37,545 nucleotides of DNA from Candidatus Woesearchaeota archaeon (GTDB lineage: Archaea > Nanobdellota > Nanobdellia > Woesearchaeales > JAHJEM01): positions 1 to 37,545 of the forward strand of contig JAFGHY010000043.1 in the NCBI GenBank assembly GCA_016929855.1. Reading direction: 5' to 3'. Under the pieces are notes generated by a model that saw nothing but the letters and a program-made list of their open reading frames with translations, searched no databases and was not told the DNA's origin. Below, one piece after another: positions 17,595-25,168 of this stretch; within the stretch, counting starts at the first letter, position 1, and every line of letters begins with the position of its first letter. Position numbers and translations under genes: made by a program.

Positions 17595-19874
17595 ATGTTA
17601 AACAAAATTTTCACAATAATGTTGGGCGTGCTTGCGTTTGTTCTTGTTTTTGCAGTGACAGCATCGTCTGTTAGTGCAGAGCTTTGCCCTGACGGGCTTG
17701 GAGGATATTGGGAAGACAATGATGGGGACTGCATCCCTAAGTATTTTGATAACTGCTGGTACATGCAAAATGCCAACCAGGCGGACAGTGACGGCGACTG
17801 TGATGAGCATGATCTCCCTTACACTAGCGACCCGCACTGCGGTGACGTATGCGACCCGGTTGATGATGACGATGATGGCCCTTACAATCATGCTCCTGAA
17901 ATCGAGCAGTTCTACGGCCAGACTGTTGCCTGTGACGAGGAATTCGATTCGGTCAGGCTTTATGTTGATGACGATCACACTGATGAAGAGGACTTGATAG
18001 TCACGGCTTACAGCCAGTACAACAGGTTGGACTCGGATATCCGTGAGACTAACGGGCACTTCTATCTTGTTGTTGACAATCCTGAATCAGGAAATGATGA
18101 GCCTATTGTCGATTATGTCCGTGTGAAGGTTAAGGATAAGGGTGGCAAATACGCTCTTAGCCCGTGGGTTAAGTTCAAGGTCCTTGCCTGTGAAGAGGAT
18201 GATGACAATATCGAAGATTTTGTGATGGACAACATTCCAGGACAAACTGTACAGTGCTATTCAAGCTTCAGCACTAAGGATTTTGATGATTACATCGACA
18301 ATTATGGAGGATATTCGAGCAGTGAGCTGGAGTTCAACATCAGGTCAATTCAGCCTCAGGTTGATTCTGAAGCCGGATTGGATTACAAGTTTTATGATAG
18401 CACGAACAGCTTCAAGGTAATCAATCCAAAGGACGGCAGGGAGAGGACTGACCGTTATGAGATTAGCGTTTCAGCAGGGGCTTCACGCCTTGCTCAGGTC
18501 ACTACAGGTTATTTCAAGGTGGTGAACTGCGATGAGGAAGACGATGAAGATGAACCGCCAGAGGATGAAGATGAGCTTTGCAGTTGCACTGACTATTACA
18601 ATGCTTATGCCCGTTATGACGGTTGGAATTTCATGCATTGGCTGCACGAGCACGACGAGTGTCGCGGCTATTACAGGGTAGAATGCCCTTTGCCGGATGA
18701 TGATGATTTCAACGACTGGGATTGTGAAGATTGCGATGATGATTGGGATTGCGACGATTGTGATTGGGATGACTGGGACTGTGACGACTGTGATAATGAT
18801 GAGATTCACATCCATTATTACTATGATTACTATGATGACCCATACAATTACTATTATGACAACTTTTACAGCCAGCCAATCTACATAATGGACGAGCCAG
18901 GCTGTATGCTGCCGGATCCTTACTCTGCAAGGATGGTCGCTGACAAGGACTGTGACAATGTTCCGGATAATGTTGACAATTGTCCTGAGGTGCACAATCC
19001 CGGACAGTGGGATGCGAACCGGAATGGTATAGGTGACAGTTGTGAAGTTGTGATCGAGAGCTTCAGCGTGCTTCCCGGCACTGACTTGAAGGAAGGTCAG
19101 GCTTTCACTGTGAGTGTTTCATTCGCCAACCTGGCGCCTGAGAAGCTGTATAACGTTCAGGTTGAGGCTGCTGTGGATGCTTTCGGCCTTTTTGGCAGTG
19201 AGCTGGTTGACAGGATGGAGATTGGCGAGACCCGGACAGTCACGTTCAGGTTTAACATTCCTCAATGCATTGACCCAAGGGATGCCATAGTCAAAGTGAA
19301 GGTCAGGTATTTTGAACGCGAGGTAATTGGAAGGAATGCCAACCTGCACATAAGTGAAGGGCAGTGTGACCTTGAGGTCGTGCATAATAGTGTTGTTGAC
19401 GTGTTTGACATCCAGGACGTTGTTGTCGGAGAGAGCACTTCATTCCCTATGCTGGTCGAGAATACTGCTAATGTTGACAAGTCTTATGTTGTCACGGTGC
19501 AGGGTGTTGACAGCTGGGGTTCGTACTATGTTGACGGCGGGAATGTTGTTATTGTTCCTGCAGGCCAGAAGAAGACAGTCAATTTGGTTGTTACTGCAAG
19601 GCAGGATATTGATTCTGGCGAGCGAGTGTTTATGGCTACGTTGACGCAGGGTTACGAGATCCAGGAGATCCTATTGACAGCTAATGTCAAGCAGAAGGAG
19701 TCTGAATCATACGGCTTTACTGGCGGTTTTGTGCTTGCTCTTAGGATTATACTTGTCATATTGCTGTTGGCTTTGGTAGTGTATGCTGTGTTTTTGGCAG
19801 TGAAGGATAAGGAGATGAAGAGTCCTGTACCTAGGGGCTATGATCCGTTGCCTGACTTCGAGACCTACAAGTAA
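17595..19874 (+). CDS. Secreted, C-terminally membrane-anchored cell-surface protein (TSP type-3 repeats, Ig/cadherin-like modules, CARDB-like domains)
   Basis: The start is set at MLNKIFTIMLGVLAFVLVFAVTASSVSA, a signal peptide, with an SD upstream. TSP3-like motifs are DNDGDCIPKYFDNC...QADSDGDCDEHD and DKDCDNVPDNVDNCPEVHNPGQWDANRNGIGDSCE. Two acidic Ig-like modules and two CARDB-like beta-sandwich segments follow. The C-terminal TM is FVLALRIILVILLLALVVYAVFLAV, with a short tail. Confidence 0.8.
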   Translation: MLNKIFTIMLGVLAFVLVFAVTASSVSAELCPDGLGGYWEDNDGDCIPKYFDNCWYMQNANQADSDGDCDEHDLPYTSDPHCGDVCDPVDDDDDGPYNHAPEIEQFYGQTVACDEEFDSVRLYVDDDHTDEEDLIVTAYSQYNRLDSDIRETNGHFYLVVDNPESGNDEPIVDYVRVKVKDKGGKYALSPWVKFKVLACEEDDDNIEDFVMDNIPGQTVQCYSSFSTKDFDDYIDNYGGYSSSELEFNIRSIQPQVDSEAGLDYKFYDSTNSFKVINPKDGRERTDRYEISVSAGASRLAQVTTGYFKVVNCDEEDDEDEPPEDEDELCSCTDYYNAYARYDGWNFMHWLHEHDECRGYYRVECPLPDDDDFNDWDCEDCDDDWDCDDCDWDDWDCDDCDNDEIHIHYYYDYYDDPYNYYYDNFYSQPIYIMDEPGCMLPDPYSARMVADKDCDNVPDNVDNCPEVHNPGQWDANRNGIGDSCEVVIESFSVLPGTDLKEGQAFTVSVSFANLAPEKLYNVQVEAAVDAFGLFGSELVDRMEIGETRTVTFRFNIPQCIDPRDAIVKVKVRYFEREVIGRNANLHISEGQCDLEVVHNSVVDVFDIQDVVVGESTSFPMLVENTANVDKSYVVTVQGVDSWGSYYVDGGNVVIVPAGQKKTVNLVVTARQDIDSGERVFMATLTQGYEIQEILLTANVKQKESESYGFTGGFVLALRIILVILLLALVVYAVFLAVKDKEMKSPVPRGYDPLPDFETYK
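18696..18869 (+). repeat. In-frame low-complexity block: (D/W/C)-rich DWDCxDCD repeats followed by a Tyr/Asp-rich stretch
   Basis: It encodes DDDDFNDWDCEDCDDDWDCDDCDWDDWDCDDCDNDE and then IHIHYYYDYYDDPYNYYYDNFY. At the DNA level there are reiterated gat/gac-tgg-gat/gac-tgt/tgc units. Confidence 0.9.
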
Positions 19875-19890
19875 GATACTTACAAGTATA

Positions 19891-19907
19891 TTTTTTCTTT
19901 GTTTTTT
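19891..19907 (+). terminator. Two T6 runs, terminator candidate after the 759-aa gene
   Basis: TTTTTTCTTTGTTTTTT starts 17 nt after the TAA at 19872-19874. Confidence 0.45.
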
Positions 19908-19973
19908 CCTGATTTGTTTTCTGCTTAAACCCGCAAATTTATAACTACTCTCCAATAGTTAACAAACGAAACC

Positions 19974-19981
19974 TTTAAATA
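19974..19981 (+). promoter_or_regulatory. TATA box TTTAAATA for the 280-aa gene
   Basis: Centre is about 29 nt upstream of ATG 20007 (leaderless geometry). Confidence 0.45.
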
Positions 19982-20006
19982 AAAATCTGCGTTCACGACT
20001 ATTAAA

Positions 20007-20849
20007 ATGGTCATTGATAAATGTATCTGCTCAGTCTATGGTACTTTTTCCAAAGTTTTTCTTGTATTTGCTCTGACAGCAGTTCTAATGCTCGTTTCCG
20101 GGTTTTCACAGAGTCCTGGATGCCAGCTGCTCGACACTTACACAGGAGAAGTGGTTTCAGACGTGAACTGCAATAATGTCCCTGATTTCATGGAACAGGC
20201 TTCGCAAAATCATATTATGCCTAAGCAGGATGCTCTCCATGATCAGGACCTTGCTGATAAGGACCTTGCTGATATAAAATTCAGATCTTACGAGCTGGAG
20301 ATAGACTATGCGAGGTACAGGGAAGTGAACAGCGGTGAAGGTATGTTCTATCCTATTGACATCATGAATCCTTCTGATTTCACTATTTTCCTCGAGCTGA
20401 AAGTGAGTGACACACGCGATTTTGCGAGCTTCAAGTTCATGCCAAGCAGCGTTATTTCAGTCAGGCCAAAGGAGACTGAAAGGGCCTACATTTACCTGGA
20501 TATTGATGAGACTGCTGGGCCTGGATGGTATGATTTCACAGTCTTTGTCTCACAGTGCGATGCTTGCGAAGCAAACCCTGAAGGAATTGACATTGAGTCT
20601 TCCAGCCTGGACATGAAACTGCAGGTGGTTGACGGTCCTAAGCATGTTGTCAGTCAGAGGCCCGGTGATTCGAGCATTATCCTTAAGTCAGGTAGCAGGG
20701 TTAGGGCAGGTACTGCCAATGACATTCTGGTTGGGGGGAACAGGGCTGTTGAAATACTGTTGATAATACTTATACTTGTCTTGCTGGTAATCGGACTTGT
20801 CATTGGGTATGACAAGCTCAGGAAACAGCAGGGTCTTCAGAATAAATGA
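20007..20849 (+). CDS. Small anchored surface protein (N-terminal signal/anchor, one beta-sandwich domain, C-terminal TM)
   Basis: The N-terminal hydrophobic segment is VFLVFALTAVLMLVSGF. The central segment (FTIFLELKVSD...PGWYDFTVFVS) resembles the repeats of the downstream 802-aa protein. The C-terminal TM is VEILLIILILVLLVIGLVIGY, followed by a basic tail. Confidence 0.65.
   Translation: MVIDKCICSVYGTFSKVFLVFALTAVLMLVSGFSQSPGCQLLDTYTGEVVSDVNCNNVPDFMEQASQNHIMPKQDALHDQDLADKDLADIKFRSYELEIDYARYREVNSGEGMFYPIDIMNPSDFTIFLELKVSDTRDFASFKFMPSSVISVRPKETERAYIYLDIDETAGPGWYDFTVFVSQCDACEANPEGIDIESSSLDMKLQVVDGPKHVVSQRPGDSSIILKSGSRVRAGTANDILVGGNRAVEILLIILILVLLVIGLVIGYDKLRKQQGLQNK
20245..20274 (+). repeat. 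Perfect 15-bp tandem duplication inside the 280-aa gene
   Basis: AGGACCTTGCTGATA occurs twice (20245-20259 and 20260-20274) and encodes (Q)DLAD-KDLAD. Confidence 0.9.
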
Positions 20850-20919
20850 TGTTAATAAAAAATTATGCTAATAAATGATGTGGGTAAGAAAAATAGAAGT
20901 TAGAAAAATACATGTGGTT

Positions 20920-23328
20920 ATGAAAATGAAGTTCAATAAAATCATCCTGGTTGCGCTGCTCGCGATTCTTCTTTCAGGTTTTGCAAGCGCAGAGTTCATC
21001 GTCAACAAATACACCAATGAGTTTGCAGTCACGAGTCCTGTGCAGGACGTCAAGGCTTGCGCCTGCGGTGTAGGCCAGGACACGATTGACGTCACGAACC
21101 ATGGCAATATCGGCGCGATATTCCAGGTTGACATCGAGACTCCTTATCCAGACTGGATGGAGGTTGCAGAGAGCAATTTCTGGATCGAGCCCGGCCAGTC
21201 CAAAGCAGTTCATATCAGCACAAGGATTCCTTGCGATTACGAGGGAGCTTTCACCTACAGGGTGAAGGTCCACACGAGCCAGGGCAGGGACAAGTTTGTT
21301 GACAGGCAGGTGCTTGCCAAGGACTGCCAGAACATCAGGGCTGACCTTTCTGTTTACGAGTCGAGCGTGTATCCTTGCACGCAGACAGAGTTTGATATCA
21401 ATGTCGAGAATACCGGCAAGCATAAAGAGACATACTACGTGGGGATGGATGAATCGTTCCTTCACGACAGTCACATCACTTTTTCAGAGGATAACATCGC
21501 GCTTCAGCCTGGTGAGACTGGAGTCGTGCATGCAGTCTTCTCTCCGCCGTGCAGCTTGTACGGTGTTATTGACATGCCTTTCATGGCATCCACTGAGCTT
21601 ACTGGCCAGTCTGTCCTCATGGACTTTGACCTGACCATTATCAGGGATTATGATTTCACAATGAGTCTGCCTGACTTGGGCATGACGTTAAACAACGGAG
21701 GAATGGAGGTGGCTGATGACGGCACTCTGAAGGTGTGCTCGAAGGTCGTGACTGAAGTCCCTGTTGATGTCAAGAACATCGCGCGTATCGCGAACACATA
21801 CACTTTTGACCTCGTCGGTCCAAGCTATGCCGGCACGGACCTGACTGAGCTGAGTGTCAATCCTGGCCAGACCAGGCAGGGCAGCCTGATATTCAATCCT
21901 TCTGGTTTGGTTGAGGGAAGCAGTTCACTCTCTCTCAAAGCAGAAAGTGCTTTGGGTGATATGCACAAGGAGCTGAAGGTCGACTATACTGTCGAGAACT
22001 GCTATGATCATGAGCTTGATATCGAGACCAACTATGCTGATGTCTGTTGCGGCCAGCATGAGTATGCTGTCAAGGTCGTAAACACGGGCAGTGTGACTGA
22101 CACTTTTCATGTTGATGCGCAGAGTGACCTTGAGGTAGGCGTGAGCCCTAAGTTTGTGGTGCTCTCTCCTGGAGAGGAGGCTCTTGTGACATTGTCTGTC
22201 GATGCGCTCTGCACTGATGAGCTTTATGAGATTAAGGTTTTCACGACGAGCGAGAAATCCGGCTTGATCGGGAAGGCAAGTCTTGTGCTGAACAGCTTGT
22301 CGCCACAGTCATGCTATGATGTACTGCTAGATCCTGTTGAGGTTAGGGTGCTGAAGGAGAACATGCTTAAGGGCGTTGAAGTTCCTGTCAAGTTCGTGCA
22401 CAACGGCCTGAAGGGTGGTGACTATAGGGTTTACATGGACAGCCAGGTCTGGGATTCTTCAACTCTAGATGAGGTGTTTAACATAGGTCCTGGAATGACA
22501 AAGTCCCTTGACCTTATGCCTGAGAATGCCGATGCTGTTGCTGAACTTAATTATGGCAGATACTTGTCGAGGATCGTGTTCATGATCGAGGACCCTGATT
22601 ATGGTCCAATTGTGTACGAGAAGAGCTTGTTCACTGACATAGTTGACCGTTCGTTGGCGAGCAAGGTCAGGCTGATGTTCAGCAAGCATCCCAACTGCAT
22701 CTTCGGCCTCATAATTTTCGTGCTTGCGACAATTGCCGCAATCCTTGTTGTTTTTAGGGACAAGTTCGACAATTTTTCGTTCGCAAAGGGGATGGTTGTT
22801 TTCAAGCGCAGGAAATGGGAGGGCATTGAGCTTTTCAGCAGATGGATGCTCATGCTGGGCGTATTTGCGCTTGCCTTTATACTATTGAGCTGGAACGGTT
22901 TTCCAAGCTTTCAACCCAAGAACGTCGAGTTGGCTGATGGTCCTCTGCTTATCCAGTGGTTCGAGGACAACCAGCATGTCATGGACTTGAATGATTATTT
23001 TGAGGACCCTGACCTTGACAGTCTGTCATACACTTCAACTTTTGTTGAGAACATTAACGTGTCAATTTCAGGAAGCAAGGTGACTTTCACGCCAGACTAC
23101 AACTGGCATGGTACCCGTCAGGTAATCTTTACTGCTGATGATGGCAAAGGCGGTGTGACTGACAGTTCTGTATTGACCTTGGAGGTTCTTGATGTTAAGG
23201 AAAAGACCTTGGGCAACATCTTCGGATTGTACTGCTGCTACATTTTCCTCGGCCTGCTGCTGCTCATATGGATTGTCGTGATGATTGACATCAGTTTGAG
23301 CCAGAAGGTTGTAATAGTGAGGAAGTGA
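20920..23328 (+). CDS. Large multi-domain surface protein (repeated CARDB/NEW3-like beta-sandwich domains, TM hairpin, extra Ig/cadherin-like domain, terminal TM)
   Basis: The start is set at MKMKFNKIILVALLAILLSGFASA, a signal peptide. At least five repeats fit the pattern C...f.v.V.NtG...d.f.v......W..v....f.l.PGe...v.v.v. TM segments occur at about 22696-22755, 22843-22893 and 23218-23290. Between the last two is DLDSLSYTS...VTFTPDYNWHGTRQVIFTADDGKGGVTDSSVLTLEVLDV. Confidence 0.8.
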   Translation: MKMKFNKIILVALLAILLSGFASAEFIVNKYTNEFAVTSPVQDVKACACGVGQDTIDVTNHGNIGAIFQVDIETPYPDWMEVAESNFWIEPGQSKAVHISTRIPCDYEGAFTYRVKVHTSQGRDKFVDRQVLAKDCQNIRADLSVYESSVYPCTQTEFDINVENTGKHKETYYVGMDESFLHDSHITFSEDNIALQPGETGVVHAVFSPPCSLYGVIDMPFMASTELTGQSVLMDFDLTIIRDYDFTMSLPDLGMTLNNGGMEVADDGTLKVCSKVVTEVPVDVKNIARIANTYTFDLVGPSYAGTDLTELSVNPGQTRQGSLIFNPSGLVEGSSSLSLKAESALGDMHKELKVDYTVENCYDHELDIETNYADVCCGQHEYAVKVVNTGSVTDTFHVDAQSDLEVGVSPKFVVLSPGEEALVTLSVDALCTDELYEIKVFTTSEKSGLIGKASLVLNSLSPQSCYDVLLDPVEVRVLKENMLKGVEVPVKFVHNGLKGGDYRVYMDSQVWDSSTLDEVFNIGPGMTKSLDLMPENADAVAELNYGRYLSRIVFMIEDPDYGPIVYEKSLFTDIVDRSLASKVRLMFSKHPNCIFGLIIFVLATIAAILVVFRDKFDNFSFAKGMVVFKRRKWEGIELFSRWMLMLGVFALAFILLSWNGFPSFQPKNVELADGPLLIQWFEDNQHVMDLNDYFEDPDLDSLSYTSTFVENINVSISGSKVTFTPDYNWHGTRQVIFTADDGKGGVTDSSVLTLEVLDVKEKTLGNIFGLYCCYIFLGLLLLIWIVVMIDISLSQKVVIVRK

Positions 23329-23368
23329 GTGAGACTAACTGCTTTTGTAGATTATATTCTTCAGTGTA

Positions 23369-23376
23369 TTTTTTTT
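23369..23376 (+). terminator. Oligo-T (T8) terminator candidate after the surface operon
   Basis: T8 lies 41 nt after the TGA at 23326-23328. Confidence 0.45.
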
Positions 23377-23452
23377 AATATATGTGTTCTTTAATATATT
23401 CTTTAGTCACAATCAATATGCGTGTAGAATTACAGCAAATTTTGCAGCAAAT

Positions 23453-23460
23453 TTTTTAAA
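23453..23460 (+). promoter_or_regulatory. TATA box TTTTTAAA for the GNAT gene
   Basis: Centre is about 26.5 nt upstream of ATG 23483. It overlaps a direct repeat of CAGCAAATTTT (23433-23443 and 23445-23455). Confidence 0.45.
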
Positions 23461-23482
23461 GGTGTTTTTGCCACTTCGTGCT

Positions 23483-24001
23483 ATGTCAGATATAAGTTTG
23501 CGATTCCAGGAAGCGGGGGATGCTGAAAGGTTCTTTAAGATACTAAATAATCCTAATTTTGTTTTCTTTTCGGCAAAGCCCAAGACTTTGAAGGATGAGA
23601 TTGAATGGCTTCAGAAGAGGGTTGAGAATAGGGAACGAAACATCTCATACGACTATGCTATCGTCTTAAGTGATGAAATCATTGGAGGGATTGGGATAAA
23701 GATTGACCAGCAAAGGCCTTACATTGCTGAAATTGGATACTTTATTGCTGAAGAATATTGGGGTAAAGGTTTTGCTGTCAGTGCAATATCTTTGGCAGAG
23801 AAGTTTGCGTTTGAGGAGCTTGGCCTCCACAGGCTTGAGATTCGTATGCATGTTGATAATTCTGCAAGTCAGAGGGTTGCAGAGAAGTCAGGCTATTTAT
23901 ATGAAGGGGTTGTTCATGGTGCGTTCAGGCTTGCAGATGAGTTTGTTGACAATCATCTTTTCTATAAGCTTAATCCTGCTCATTCACCAGGTAATCAGTA
24001 A
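23483..24001 (+). CDS. GNAT N-acetyltransferase (RimJ/RimL-like, Acetyltransf_3 type)
   Basis: Starts at MSDISLRF. The core is IIGGIGIKIDQQRPYIAEIGYFIAEEYWGKGFAVSAISLAEKFAFEELGLHRLEIRMHVDNSASQRVAEKSGYLYEG. The TATA geometry argues against the ORF-track GTG at 23384. Confidence 0.85.
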   Translation: MSDISLRFQEAGDAERFFKILNNPNFVFFSAKPKTLKDEIEWLQKRVENRERNISYDYAIVLSDEIIGGIGIKIDQQRPYIAEIGYFIAEEYWGKGFAVSAISLAEKFAFEELGLHRLEIRMHVDNSASQRVAEKSGYLYEGVVHGAFRLADEFVDNHLFYKLNPAHSPGNQ

Positions 24002-24084
24002 TTGCATCCGTTCTACTGTAGTCATTCTAAGTTGTTTTGAACCAACCAATACTTTTTTATAGGACTTTTGAATATGTTGTTGAT

Positions 24085-24843
24085 ATGAAAGAGGTGTCTT
24101 TTATTATTGATGGTGATAAGGAGGGCGGATCTTCTATTAGATCAGGTTCTACCGCGAAAAGGACTGATTCTGCTGGCTTGCGTGATATCCCTCCTGCACT
24201 CACTGTGGGCAAGCACAAGCAGCCTAAAGAGCTGAAGAAGGGCGCACACACTACAAGGAACGTCCTGACAGTGGTCTTTTTGTTGCTGGTTTTCACGTTG
24301 GCATATGCTTACCTGTTTGTCATCAATCCTGTTTTCGTGTCAAAGCCTGATGTTGAGAGGCCTGATACTCCTGCTTTGCCTGGGGATGTCAGTCTCGGTG
24401 CAGGCCAGGATGCAAGCGGGCCTGGCGGTTCTGAAGAATCTTCGCAGGCAGCTCAGGAAGAATTGGATGAGGTTGTCGAGAACTTCGAGCCCGAGCCCGA
24501 GCATGTCGATTATTTGCTGAATGAGATTGACGCTTACAAGCTTCACGAACCTCCTCTTGGCGACGAGATTCCTGTGATGGAAGTGCATATCACTGATGAC
24601 AACACTTACTTTGCAGTGCAGGTGGTTGACAACCAGATTGAGACCACTGAAGGCCGTGCTGATAATCCTGATTTGATAATTCATGGCAGTAAGCTGACTA
24701 TTCTTCAGCTGTTGAATGAGGAGAACATAATGGAGTCCATCGGCTCTTATGCTGAATCTGGTGCTGTGTGGGTTGAGCCTTTGAAGCCGGAAAGCGAATT
24801 GGCGGCCAAGGGCTATCTGGCGATATACACTGCGATTGTGTAG
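24085..24843 (+). CDS. Single-pass membrane protein with acidic linker; C-terminal domain possibly SCP2-like
   Basis: Starts at MKEVSF with a cytoplasmic basic region. The TM is VLTVVFLLLVFTLAYAYLFVI, followed by a Pro/Glu/Asp-rich linker. The C-terminal roughly 90 aa (PDLIIHGSKLTILQLLNEEN...ESGAVWVEP...LAAKGY) faintly resemble an SCP2 fold. The function is not established. Confidence 0.5.
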   Translation: MKEVSFIIDGDKEGGSSIRSGSTAKRTDSAGLRDIPPALTVGKHKQPKELKKGAHTTRNVLTVVFLLLVFTLAYAYLFVINPVFVSKPDVERPDTPALPGDVSLGAGQDASGPGGSEESSQAAQEELDEVVENFEPEPEHVDYLLNEIDAYKLHEPPLGDEIPVMEVHITDDNTYFAVQVVDNQIETTEGRADNPDLIIHGSKLTILQLLNEENIMESIGSYAESGAVWVEPLKPESELAAKGYLAIYTAIV

Positions 24844-25030
24844 TTATTTTCTCCATATTTTTATGCAATGCGACCTAGTGAACCTTAATATCGGCTCATA
24901 CTATCATATATAGCGTAGTTGTCCTACTCATTTTAGTAATAATTAGAGAAGATAGTGTGAGCGTTGTATTGCAATGAACTTTTGGATATTGCACATTTTA
25001 TTTTTTCCTACTAGTAACCGGGATGGATTG

Positions 25031-25051
25031 CATTTTCTCTTCGAGAAAATG
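25031..25051. repeat. Perfect 9-bp inverted repeat (hairpin/palindrome) in a 325-bp non-coding spacer
   Basis: CATTTTCTC-TTC-GAGAAAATG. Confidence 0.8.
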
Positions 25052-25168
25052 AGGTCGGAGTGGTTGCAGCCCAAAACCTGCTGGCAGATTTTTGGACTGT
25101 CTGGAATAAAATATCCATTAAAATTATTTCAAGTCCAGAATGATTTGTTGCGTTGCTGCTCTTCAAAC

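Noticed and set aside
19700-19874. Possible PGF-CTERM/archaeosortase or lipobox-type sorting signals at the termini of the surface proteins
   Set aside because: The C-terminal anchors lack a PGF (or similar) tripeptide before the TM. The N-terminal regions lack a canonical L-x-x-C lipobox. They are treated as plain TM anchors.
24550-24843. Calling the C-terminal domain of the 24085-24843 product an SCP2 sterol-carrier domain
   Set aside because: The resemblance is weak and based on a few residues, so it is kept only as a remark in the feature evidence. HHpred would decide.
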